DNA of 63,467 nt, filler included, from Bigelowiella natans CCMP2755 (GCA_000320545.1; 4 parts of 4 records of this genome joined end to end with filler, not necessarily neighbours in it), one strand, 5' to 3'. Shown: positions 26,946-36,898, numbered from the whole stretch's first letter. Numbers and translations are program-made. The notes: a model not told the origin generated them from the letters alone.

Positions 26946-28081
26946 GTAAATGTAACAACTACACGGACTTCATATGCATAACTGCGTTTGAATGTATATT
27001 TGTTGAAGCAATGTACCCGTCATTGCAGGACTTATGACCAACACCCCACCTAGTGATACATCACTCCATCATCTTTACTGTTTGATTAGACTACTGCTTA
27101 ATGATGATAATTATGATAATGTTTAGCAAGTAAATATAGTAATAACTGTGTTGTTATTTGTGGTGCATCTAGCTAAGTCAGTAGTAGTAGTAGTAGTAGT
27201 AGTAGTAGTTGTAGAAGCACTGATATTGTTGGATAATTATTTCAAAAACAGCAACAACAACAACCTGTCTCCAAGCTGGATAGCAAAGGCTTTGGCAGCC
27301 TCGTATTTATCATTTGGCGACGGAAGTTGAGTTCGGTCCATAGCTAAAAGAAGAAGGAACACAGTATTAACATTTAAGTTGCGTTTTATCCATAGCTAAA
27401 AGAAGAACACAGTATTAACATCATTTTGTGAATACTCGAATTTACTAAATACAATCACATAAGAAACAATTATATAACTGATTATGGGGATACTACTCAA
27501 CTATATGAGACCTTGAAGCATGACAACAGCAAGCTGATAACCTAACTGTCTTCCTGTCATTATTACGTTTTCAAATGATGTTTGACTTTATGATTCAGTT
27601 GACGGTAGTAGTGGTGATAGTGATTGTGGTGGTGGTGGTGGTGGTTAAATCTCCTTGGTAATAACTCGGCAGCAGTCTGGTATTATGTGTAATCAGCTGC
27701 TGTGAGCGTGGTGTCGCACTTCTTACCACCACAAGGATGAGTGCAATTAACTTCAATGGATGCAATCACTTCTTGAATCTCTTTGCGCGTATTCGGGTCC
27801 AACAGAAAATTTGGATCACAGACTCTTCCAGGCTGGTCGATACCTATGAGCAGAATTCCGAAGTCATACCCAGGCCATTACAACTTCTCTAACTTGCATT
27901 TTAATTTACCACATAACTCGGGAGTTTTTACTGGGTTGGGGACTGTCTCCGGTGTCCAACTTGCTGGTACGGAGCTAGGTGGTGACACTTCTTTCGAAGC
28001 TAAAGCGAACGAAGAAAATAGCGTAGCCAAGATCAACAACCTCCAGCTCTTCAGAATATTTTGATGTGAGATCCCATCCAT
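23148..28081 (-). CDS. TPM (MOLO-1-like) domain membrane protein with a C-terminal RING-like finger, 3-prime truncated by the contig edge
   Basis: Signal peptide WRLLILATLFSSFALA. Exons give WTPETVPNPVKTPELCG, RVCDPNFLL, YQLAVVML, AKAFAIQLGDRWGVGHKSCNDG, IILVVSKADR and VAYLRTA. TM segment ALFPFVVVLGVFALPCII. MCVICLEDL at ~23370-23395. Confidence 0.7.
24985..25168. repeat. Intronic ~51-bp tandem repeat, about 3.5 copies
   Basis: gtttatgtgctaaatgttggcaacatatgcatacatcatcaatgtagtagt is repeated. Confidence 0.85.
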
Positions 28082-28346
28082 GTTGCGAATCTGTCGCTCC
28101 CTTTGCAACAAGTAGGGAGTGATCGGTTGGGCTTGAAAGATGCCCTTCTCTTTCTCAATGAGTTGTTCTTTCATGACTACGACAACACAAAAAAGATGTC
28201 GTAAGATCTTCTTTCCCACAGTTTTCGACGAAATTTGCATAACACAATGACAATCATCCGCCTCTTTCATGTTGTGGCGACATGCAACAAAGCTGTCGCT
28301 TTTGCGAGCCCATGACACGTTTGACGGCGCCCCGGATTGAGGCGGC

Positions 28347-28672
28347 TGTTGCGCGTAAGGTGTTCACAGGCCGAGGCGCTACGTGCACAAGTAGGCAGGG
28401 GGGGGGAAAGGCACGTTTGCTTCCTTTTGAAGAGTTGTGTTTATTTTTATTAAAGATTATATTTTTATTAAATCGTGCACTGCGTAATCATTCGCGAAGC
28501 TTTCGCGAATGCCGCCGCACGTGGGGCAGCACACTTCCGGTGTGCTGCCATGAGTCCCGCCGGAACCCACGTGCCTATGCTGTATTAATATCTACGTTAT
28601 CTATATTCTATATCCGCGACAACCCCTTTGTTGTCGCACGTGACTTGTGCCCGCGTAGTGGTACGCGCTACA
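28347..28672 (-). repeat. 3-prime LTR
   Basis: Identical by eye to 33737-34062. On the minus strand it is preceded by the polypurine tract GGGGGAGG (28673-28680). Confidence 0.97.
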
Positions 28673-28723
28673 CCTCCCCCAAGTCACGTTGCTCCTTCCT
28701 TCCTTCCTTATTCCCTTAGACCT

Positions 28724-31700
28724 TCATCGCTTTCGGAACTTCACCAACCACCAGGTAATAGATTCCTCTCTAACCTTATCTCCTTTGTCGCTTACCCAGA
28801 ACTCACCTTCGTCCTTAGGTTCGTGTCCATACCAGCCCTCTGCATCAAGGTCCCCCAGGACCTTATACCAGTGCTCAAAGGGTAAGTCGGGAACAGCTAG
28901 GTAGAGTAGCTGATATTTTCCGTCCTTTATTTTCATAGCTACCCTCTCCATATTTCGTAATCCAGGGTAGCCTAGATAGACAATCTTCATGCGCCAATCG
29001 TCGTTCACCCTGACCTTATTGTTTCCATATTCCACATCGAACTTAGGTCGGGGTCCTAAACAAGGCATTGCTCGCTCCCACACAGTAGGGTTTACTTTAA
29101 CATCCTCTAGGAGCTTCTCACCGATATCATAATTCTTTAGGTGACTGATGTGGCGCAAGGTGACCCTGTTCCCATCATAGATGTAGTACTGCTTCCTCCC
29201 CTTCCTCTCGGTAACCTTTGCAACGCCACCCCAGAAGGGGTCTTGTTTATTTCTCGATCTCAGATTTACCTTGGCCCTAACATACTGTCCTTCCTTTAGA
29301 ACTCGGCCATCGTACGGGACCTTCTCGTCTTCGCTCTCGGTATCGTCGTCGTTGTCGTCGCCTTCTTCCCTCTCCTTATCCTTGATACCTCCCCCAGACG
29401 TGAAGGTGTCGTTTACTAACCCTTGTATCTTGTCTGGTGTGGTGCTATTTATCCTGCTTAGGTTGGCCAAGGTGCGGTGGAGTCGCTCTACCTTGGAGTT
29501 GGACTGGGCATAGTATACAGGTGAGGCATCAATATTAGGGTGTGGTAGCTGTAGAAGAGAGGTCTCATTATCCACATGTAACTTCTTTGGTATCTTGTTT
29601 ATGCTAACTTCATCAGGGATAGCCTGGAGCTCAGACTCCCAGGTACGGTAGCAGTTAGTAAGCCTCTGCTTATATAAGCCTTTGTTCTTCTTAGCAACGT
29701 TGACCTTGATAATCTTTTTAACCCAGCACTTTCCAGTGGCCACATCAACGAAGGTAAGGTAGTGATAGCCATCGTACTTATAAACATCAATTTGCACGAT
29801 ATCTAAGAAGTTCCTTGCTTTGATTTTCTTAGATGCACGGCTCTTGCTGGACTCCTTGGTGGCGACGCCTGCCGCCTTCAAGCTGGAGCACCTGCAGCCA
29901 CGCAGGTATGTCCTTATCTCTTTTAGCTTGTAGGGCCAGTAGTAATGGTAGAGTAGAGCAGTGATATGGTTTTCTCCTACGTGTGCAGGTCCATGGGCGG
30001 TAAAGAGAAGGGCTCCCCTGGTCCGCCGTGGCACGTAGGTACGCCTAACATTATTAGTGTATACATATATCCTATCACTAAGTACCTCATGCTTGTGTTT
30101 GTATTTATCCAGGTGTTCTTGAAGGTGCTGGAGCTCCTCTGGCTCAGGCAGGAAGTCGCCGTCCTCGAAGGTAATCGCGTTAACCATAGGGGTGACCTGG
30201 GTAGGGACTTTCTTTTCGAACAGCCTGCTGAAATAGTCAGCAAGCTGCTTGTCTCCTGGTGCGTAGACCACTGTCCTCTTGTCCCTAAACTCTTCCGTGT
30301 CCGCCCTCATAGCTGCATACTCATCGTTAGGCGCTTCGAGCTTGCGGTCGATGCCTAGGAGGGGCTTGTGGTCAGTCATTAAGGTGAAGCTGGGCACCGA
30401 CAGCAGGTAGTATCTTAGTTTCCTCTGCGCCTCAGTCATGGCTTTATACTCTCCTTTTGTAGGGCTGTACTTGGCCTCAGCTGCTGTGCAGGCCCTGCCC
30501 CACACCCGTATGATCTGCTGGTCTTGGGTAAGTACAGCAGCCATACCTAGCTTAGACCAGTCTGTCCATAGGGTAGCTGGTCTAGTAGTGTCTAGCTTAG
30601 CATTCAATAGGGTGTTGCTGCATAACTTTATTAGGTTATTGAAGTGGGCATCAAGGCCAGCCTTGGCCCACACCTTAGCGAAGCTGAGGCCTACAGAGTT
30701 CTCCTTCCGGTAAGCAGTAGTAAAAGCAGCTGCAGTCCTAGCGTAGGTAGGGGAGAACCTACGTAGTATCCAAGCTGCAGTCTGCAAGAATGACTTTAAC
30801 TCCTTTGCATTCTTAGGTTTAGGGGCTTGCTGTAGTGCTGCTACTTTCTCGGGGTTTGGGGTGATGCGGCCTTGCTCCAGGTAATATCCACACCACTTGA
30901 TTCTTGTAGCTAGGAATGTACACTTCTGCAGTCTAATAGTAAAACCGAAGTGTGCAAACCTAATAAATATATTTTCCAGGAGGAAGATCTGAGCGACGAC
31001 TGTGTTGGTACATATTATGTCATCATCCACATACACAAACACAAACACCCACAACACAGACGCCATCCCATCATGTGTGTATGCCCTGTAGTTCTGACTA
31101 CTGAACGCATCCCCTGATATGCTTAGGCCGTAAGGGAATACGACGAAGTGCCACTTCCTGTGCCTGCTGGAGAACGCGGTAATGGGGCGGGAGGTTTTGT
31201 GGATGGGTGTCTGCATGTATGATTCATTTTTATCTAGGGAAGAGTAGTATTTGTATCCTATGACGTGTTCAATAACGTCATCTATCCTTGGTGTAGGTGT
31301 CTGGATCCTCTTTATTACTCGGTTGTGGCGGATGAAGTTGTGCGCCAGGCGGAAGAAAGGGTAAGTAGGTTTCTTAGCTAGCACATGTCTCACGTTCCAT
31401 GGTGAGTTGCTTGGCTCTATCTTCCCTTCCTTTGCCCATTCATTGATCTGCCACTCTATCTTTTCCCAGTCCGCTTCCGGTCGCCTATGTTCTGGGTCAT
31501 TGATGATGCACTCTTCGTATCCCTTCTTTAGCTCGATCTTTACTGGGGTAAGCTTGCTGGAGGGCTTCGTCGTCGGCTTGGTGATGTCAGAGTACTTCTC
31601 GTTTAATATTTTATTAATGTACTTTTTGCCTTTGTCGATATCCCAATCATCAGCTGGGGGGGTCTTGTCCAGTAGCTCCGTTATCTGTCGGATGGTCTTG

Positions 31701-33697
31701 CCGGGGTTCTTCTTCCGTAGCTCGGTAGGTGTAGGTAGCTTGTTGTCCGCTAGGTCCATAAACTCTAACGCATTAACGCTTGACTCAGAGGTCCACTCGT
31801 CAAGCCGTATCATGTTCTGGCTGATGGTCCTGCCTGACTTCTTTGGCAACTTAGCAAAGTATATCTTGTGATTGTAGAATGATATGATCCCCCCTAATTT
31901 TTCTAGGGCATCCTGTCCGAGGAGTAGTTCCATGGATAAAGTCATGGCTACTCGGGTCTTGATTTGGGTCTCCGCGTCGCTGCCAGGTATCTGTAGCTTT
32001 AGCATTAGCTCACCGACGGTCTTCATGGAAGAGCTTCCGTCTGCTTGAGCATATTTACGTTCTTTCTTAGTCACTTGATCCAATAGTCCTAACCTTCTTA
32101 CTGTGCTTAGGCTTATGAAGGACTTCGGCATGCTGCCACTATCCCAAAGGGCAGGTAGTTTCTTGTAGTCTCCGTAGCTGTCTTTAACTTTAACCTTGGT
32201 CATAGCAACTTTGATAGTCCTGTTAGCGTCTTCGTCATTAATGTTGCATACTCCTAAGTTCTTTATGTCGTCTAGGGTCATGGGCTTGTCTTGGTCCTGC
32301 GTTGCTGGTACTGCTGTCTTCGTCGGCGCCTGCTTAAGGTGATCTAATATTCCGTTTATCTGCTGCTGTATAGCATTGATACTGTTCTGCTTTTTGTTCT
32401 TATATTTATTGTTCTTCCCGTTGTTGCTGCCTTGCCATTTGCTGTTGTTATATCCTTGTCCTCTGCCTTTCTTTCTCTTTAACTTCTCGTAGTGTTCGTT
32501 GAGCTGCCTGATCGTCATCCTGGGTCGTCCTTCTTTCCTGTCTCTGCAGTCTTTAGCGGTGTGTTTCCCTTTACGTGAGCAGTATCCGCAACGTCGGTTA
32601 CCTTCCCTGTCCTTGTACCAGTCTCGCTGCGGCTTAATAGCGTTAATGTTTCCTATGCCAGGTACCTTAGGGCTGGTAAACTTGCGGTCCTGCTCCTGCT
32701 CGCGTAGGGATATAGCCTGCACTGCTGCCTCCATCGTGGTGTAGCCTTTCTCCGTAACGTAAGTGGATTCCTTTATCTTTAACTTGAACTCTTCAAACCT
32801 TGCCTGATCATCACCTGTGTTGTAATTAAAATCATGTAGTTCGTCGATCATATCCTGGAAGCGCGTGGCAAAGTCTCTAACAGGTTCTCTCTCATGCTGC
32901 ATCATTGCTCTGTATTTTCTAATAGCCTGGGGTAGGGAGTTAGCATCCTGTTCATTTACAAAAGCCTTCATTATCGCCTCAACGTCTCGTAGCCCACTAA
33001 CTGTAGTGTGTATTTTCTCTAGCTGCCTGATCCGGGTCCTGCCTGTCTCGTAAAGGTCCATGGCTTGCTTTATTATAGCTAGCCATTTGAGCTTGTCGTT
33101 TTCGGTGGGGTTAGGGGTAAAGTCGCAGAGTATACTCCTAGCGTTCTTCCACCACCTCCTTGCCTCACCTCTTTTCCCGTTGTATTTCGTTATCATAACC
33201 GGTGCTGTTTTAACAGACATGAACTGGGTGTTCCGCTGTACCGGCTGCTGCTGCTTGACGGTGCTCTGGGTCGTCCCCCGCGAGGCGCCCAGACCCCCGT
33301 CGTTCCTAAACAAAGCTGCCCACTCTGGAGGTAAGTCTGCTTCGTAATCCATGATGTCCTGCATGATAGCTGCCCAAACATCATGTGTCTGATACTTGTA
33401 TTCTATCGATACTTTCAGTTTGGCGTAGTTGCTCGCCCTGGGTCGCAAGGCTCGTAATGCCATTACGACCTTCTTGCTTTCGGCGGCCACGTCCTCGTCG
33501 TCCGCCTCGTAGAAGTTCTCCAGTGCCTCTGCTGCTGCATCTGCTTTCTTAATCCCGGGTGCTGGTCCCGGCGGTGCCTGTGGAGGTGTTCCTCCTCCTT
33601 CCTTAGCGTCCGTATCGCCCTTCCTTTCCTGTTTCTGCTCGTGCCCTTGCACGGCCTGCGAGCCAAAGTCCTGCTGTTCTTCTAGCTGCTGTGACAT
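28724..33697 (-). CDS. Gag-Pol polyprotein, 1657 aa (Gag with Zn knuckle, aspartic protease, RT, RNase H, integrase, GPY/F-SH3 module, C-terminal Dam-like domain)
   Basis: CGYCSRKGKHTAKDC knuckle; ALWDSGS protease; PSNSPW, FPYGL and YVDD in RT; LWTDWS and TDHKPL in RNase H; IVQIDV, HVDNE and QSNSKVERLH in integrase. No stops or frameshift. Confidence 0.95.
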   Translation of the reverse strand: MSQQLEEQQDFGSQAVQGHEQKQERKGDTDAKEGGGTPPQAPPGPAPGIKKADAAAEALENFYEADDEDVAAESKKVVMALRALRPRASNYAKLKVSIEYKYQTHDVWAAIMQDIMDYEADLPPEWAALFRNDGGLGASRGTTQSTVKQQQPVQRNTQFMSVKTAPVMITKYNGKRGEARRWWKNARSILCDFTPNPTENDKLKWLAIIKQAMDLYETGRTRIRQLEKIHTTVSGLRDVEAIMKAFVNEQDANSLPQAIRKYRAMMQHEREPVRDFATRFQDMIDELHDFNYNTGDDQARFEEFKLKIKESTYVTEKGYTTMEAAVQAISLREQEQDRKFTSPKVPGIGNINAIKPQRDWYKDREGNRRCGYCSRKGKHTAKDCRDRKEGRPRMTIRQLNEHYEKLKRKKGRGQGYNNSKWQGSNNGKNNKYKNKKQNSINAIQQQINGILDHLKQAPTKTAVPATQDQDKPMTLDDIKNLGVCNINDEDANRTIKVAMTKVKVKDSYGDYKKLPALWDSGSMPKSFISLSTVRRLGLLDQVTKKERKYAQADGSSSMKTVGELMLKLQIPGSDAETQIKTRVAMTLSMELLLGQDALEKLGGIISFYNHKIYFAKLPKKSGRTISQNMIRLDEWTSESSVNALEFMDLADNKLPTPTELRKKNPGKTIRQITELLDKTPPADDWDIDKGKKYINKILNEKYSDITKPTTKPSSKLTPVKIELKKGYEECIINDPEHRRPEADWEKIEWQINEWAKEGKIEPSNSPWNVRHVLAKKPTYPFFRLAHNFIRHNRVIKRIQTPTPRIDDVIEHVIGYKYYSSLDKNESYMQTPIHKTSRPITAFSSRHRKWHFVVFPYGLSISGDAFSSQNYRAYTHDGMASVLWVFVFVYVDDDIICTNTVVAQIFLLENIFIRFAHFGFTIRLQKCTFLATRIKWCGYYLEQGRITPNPEKVAALQQAPKPKNAKELKSFLQTAAWILRRFSPTYARTAAAFTTAYRKENSVGLSFAKVWAKAGLDAHFNNLIKLCSNTLLNAKLDTTRPATLWTDWSKLGMAAVLTQDQQIIRVWGRACTAAEAKYSPTKGEYKAMTEAQRKLRYYLLSVPSFTLMTDHKPLLGIDRKLEAPNDEYAAMRADTEEFRDKRTVVYAPGDKQLADYFSRLFEKKVPTQVTPMVNAITFEDGDFLPEPEELQHLQEHLDKYKHKHEVLSDRIYVYTNNVRRTYVPRRTRGALLFTAHGPAHVGENHITALLYHYYWPYKLKEIRTYLRGCRCSSLKAAGVATKESSKSRASKKIKARNFLDIVQIDVYKYDGYHYLTFVDVATGKCWVKKIIKVNVAKKNKGLYKQRLTNCYRTWESELQAIPDEVSINKIPKKLHVDNETSLLQLPHPNIDASPVYYAQSNSKVERLHRTLANLSRINSTTPDKIQGLVNDTFTSGGGIKDKEREEGDDNDDDTESEDEKVPYDGRVLKEGQYVRAKVNLRSRNKQDPFWGGVAKVTERKGRKQYYIYDGNRVTLRHISHLKNYDIGEKLLEDVKVNPTVWERAMPCLGPRPKFDVEYGNNKVRVNDDWRMKIVYLGYPGLRNMERVAMKIKDGKYQLLYLAVPDLPFEHWYKVLGDLDAEGWYGHEPKDEGEFWVSDKGDKVREESITWWLVKFRKR

Positions 33698-33708
33698 TGT
33701 TAGTCAAA

Positions 33709-33731
33709 TCGTTTCCCGTGTGTGGAAGCCA
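33709..33731 (-). promoter_or_regulatory. Primer-binding site complementary to a tRNA 3-prime end (Glu/Asp-like)
   Basis: TGGCTTCCACACACGGGAAACGA begins 5 nt after the 5-prime LTR. Its complement ...TCGTTTCCCG TGTGTGGAA G CCA resembles a T-arm, acceptor stem and CCA. The tRNA identity is inferred. Confidence 0.7.
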
Positions 33732-33736
33732 AAGGT

Positions 33737-34062
33737 TGTTGCGCGTAAGGTGTTCACAGGCCGAGGCGCTACGTGCACAAGTAGGCAGGGGGGGGGAAAG
33801 GCACGTTTGCTTCCTTTTGAAGAGTTGTGTTTATTTTTATTAAAGATTATATTTTTATTAAATCGTGCACTGCGTAATCATTCGCGAAGCTTTCGCGAAT
33901 GCCGCCGCACGTGGGGCAGCACACTTCCGGTGTGCTGCCATGAGTCCCGCCGGAACCCACGTGCCTATGCTGTATTAATATCTACGTTATCTATATTCTA
34001 TATCCGCGACAACCCCTTTGTTGTCGCACGTGACTTGTGCCCGCGTAGTGGTACGCGCTACA
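33737..34062 (-). repeat. 5-prime LTR
   Basis: Identical to 28347-28672 and followed by the PBS on the minus strand. Confidence 0.97.
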
Positions 34063-34633
34063 CGGCGGACCCAGTTCAATGTTCGATGGTTCAATGTTCT
34101 TGTCTGAACGTCAAACGAGTGAAGTTGCGACGCCACCGCGCAACCGTTTCCCCTGCTTTCACAACCGGGTCATGCATCCCCTTGTTCCTGTGATGAATTG
34201 AACAATGGCACGCAGAGCGATCAGATCCTTCGATCGAAGGCACCGACGCACCACACGCACGACCGCAAGAGTTCAAATCGACCACCTTGTTTGTTTGAAC
34301 GTTGCGAGCATCGCGCATTGCTTCTGAGCTAGGATCTTGTGAGGGTCAGCAAGCGAGTCAACTGTGAATGAACAAACGGATGAACGATGATCACAACGAA
34401 TGAACTAATTGAATGAGCGGGGCAACATCAAAAGGTTGTGCAGCTGGTGGACATCGTCAGAAAGACCCATGACCCATTGCAAATGTCATGATCATCGAAG
34501 CATGCGCCTGTGCACTTAGTGCTCGTCTTCGGTTGGATTCCGTCGGGATTCTCGGATTTGACAAACAAAGCTTGAATGGAGGCCATTTTGACTGGTTTTG
34601 GCTTCGAACGTGGATGAATGCACATAAAACGCA

Positions 34634-36457
34634 ATGGTACTGGGAGGAGGGTCGAATTGGGGTAGGATTTTGTCTCCTTCCTTCCCTTTCCTTCTCCTTT
34701 CAATGATTACCCCAACGAGTGCAAACATCGAGCTCGTACTCAAAGACTCCCTGAATGAAAACAGCACCACTTCGGTATCCGGAAAAGATGAAATCACATT
34801 CAAGCAAGCACAGCATGCACATTGATGTCTAATGTTCATGTCAAAAACAGCTCGTTTTCAAGGAAAAAGCCGCACTTTTTGGAAAGGAACCGCCTTTTCA
34901 CGTTCGTGGTAATTTGAAATACCTCGGAAGTGGATGCGAACCTTTGGAAGAAAAGTGGAATGGGATTGCGTTGTTTCAACGTGGAAGCTGTACCTTCTGG
35001 ATGAAAGGATATCATGGAATGCGTGCAGGTTAAGTTTGGCGTTTTGTTATCATGACATTTCAATACTATGTTATTGATTACTGTTGACCTCAAGGAGCTT
35101 CTGCTGTGATTATCGGGAATCATTTTTCAACCAGTGCACTCATCACGATGCATGCACCACCAGAAGTAGATGTTTTCTATTTTCTATTGTGTAAAATCTT
35201 CAAATCAAAACATGAATATTCACAGAAGGACGCTGATGTTCTGGATATTCCAATTGTTTTCGTAAAAGGAGAGGTTAAAATTATCATATGTTTTTCTTTC
35301 ACACTCTAAACCTTATTCTCTACTTAGGATAATCGGTGATGGCATCTTCATTTCGTGTAATTTCGATGTATTTAGTGCATGTTCTAAAACAGGCAAATCC
35401 AAGTGCTCCTGAACTCTTCCTCTTCTAATAAAGTTTTTATTGATGATTTAACTCATGGATTTTCTTCTCCATCCGAAACCCATGGCCGTTCGCCCATAAC
35501 ACCGCATCCCCACATGGTAAACTAATCGGAAGCACGCTCACCGTCGGTTATAACATAATTTATTGCAGACGAGCACGCTTCAATTCATCGGCATGGTATT
35601 GTGTAGAGATTATATCTAGATATTGATATCACTTAGGTGATCTCATTAAACATTGAAGGTACTCATGTTACCCCCCTTGATATGGTGTATTCTGGCGGCT
35701 TCATACATGCTGCGGAGAATATTTCGGCGCTGGTCAGCAAGACAGCAGCGAGTATTGCATTTCAATGATGTGTTTTATGTTTGGTCATTAACGATACTGT
35801 CACAGATTTCTCGCCTGCGTGCTCTCAAGGTAAAGAGATATATCGTTCCTGAAGATGATGAGAAGGGAACAATTGCTTCTGGAAAAGTTTGTCACAACTC
35901 TTCCTGTGTAATTTGCCTTGAGGAGTTTAAACTGGGCACAAGTATCAAGGTAAATTTGAGCTTTTTGAAAACATTGCATTCTTCTCAATTCCTTTTATAG
36001 GTGTTACCGTGTAAACATGGCTTCCATTCTGAATGCATAGTTCCTTGGTGAGAGGTTTACACGAAGAGAAATTCAATTACTTAACATTGTGTATACAGGT
36101 TAAGGGATAGATCTGATAAGTGCCCCATCTGCAAGCAAACTATAGTAGTTCCATCAGGACGGAAAGTGCTGTAGTAAATTCAAGAATAACTCCATTCTGA
36201 AAATGACACTCTGGTTTTCCCACATTTTTCAGTTTTGGAAATATCTCGGATGTGCACAATTGTGCATTTGGTTGTGTGAACACATGAGAAGAGGAAGTCG
36301 ATCCCACGAAGCCCTGGTACATGGATGACTTGGAATTAATCACTTTATTGATTTACAAAGTATTTTTGCTAATCCTCAGCCGCAATCGGATATTGAAATA
36401 TCACACCATGATGTGGAGACTACCCTACCTTCTCATCAAGATAATTCTTCTGACTGA
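34634..36457 (+). CDS. PA-TM-RING-H2 E3 ubiquitin ligase (RMR/RNF13/RNF167-like)
   Basis: Signal peptide. PA domain AALFG...GCEP...IALFQRGSCTFWMK...GASAVIIGN...LDIPIVFV. TM LPPLIWCILAASYML. RING-H2 CVICLEEF...VLPCKHGFHSECIVPWL...CPICK. The 3-prime end is uncertain (36174 or 36457). Confidence 0.9.
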
Positions 36458-36898
36458 AACATTCGGCCTATTTATCGAATTTCATGCTCTAGGTTCGGAA
36501 GCAATATTCTAGGGCAAAGATTTCTAGTAGCAAAAATTGTGCACATTCATAAAGCCACAAAGCTACGTAATGAAACACTCTAGCACTGCTAAAAGCTAGC
36601 TAGCATGTCTAGATGTGGCCGCATGCTTTTTTAGCGATGCATTTACCATCGATCTAGTAGGTAGCAAATGAACACTGAATTGAAATCTTTGCACGTTCAA
36701 GCAGTGCTAGAGTGTCATTTGTCATTTGTCATGACCACATGAAACAATCTAGCAATTGCTGCTAGCTGCTCAGGCATTTGCTCGATCATTCCACACTTGT
36801 AGAAGTGCGTGACCATGCGAAGCGCATTGCTAACTCTAGAGCTAGCTAGATTCAATTGACATATTGTCATGAAATGCGCGAACGTTATCTCGCAAGCA

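Larger units (their letters stand above)
28347..34062 (-). mobile_element. Full-length Ty3/Gypsy LTR retrotransposon, apparently intact and recent
   Basis: Two identical 326-bp LTRs (28347-28672 and 33737-34062) with TG...CA ends. 4-bp TSD CGGC (28343-28346 and 34063-34066). PBS and PPT present. Single gag-pol ORF in PR-RT-RH-IN order. Confidence 0.97.

Noticed and set aside
28282-28719. Duplicated plus-strand ORFs 28282..28719 and 33720..34193
   Set aside because: They simply read through the identical LTRs from different flanks and have no recognisable domain.
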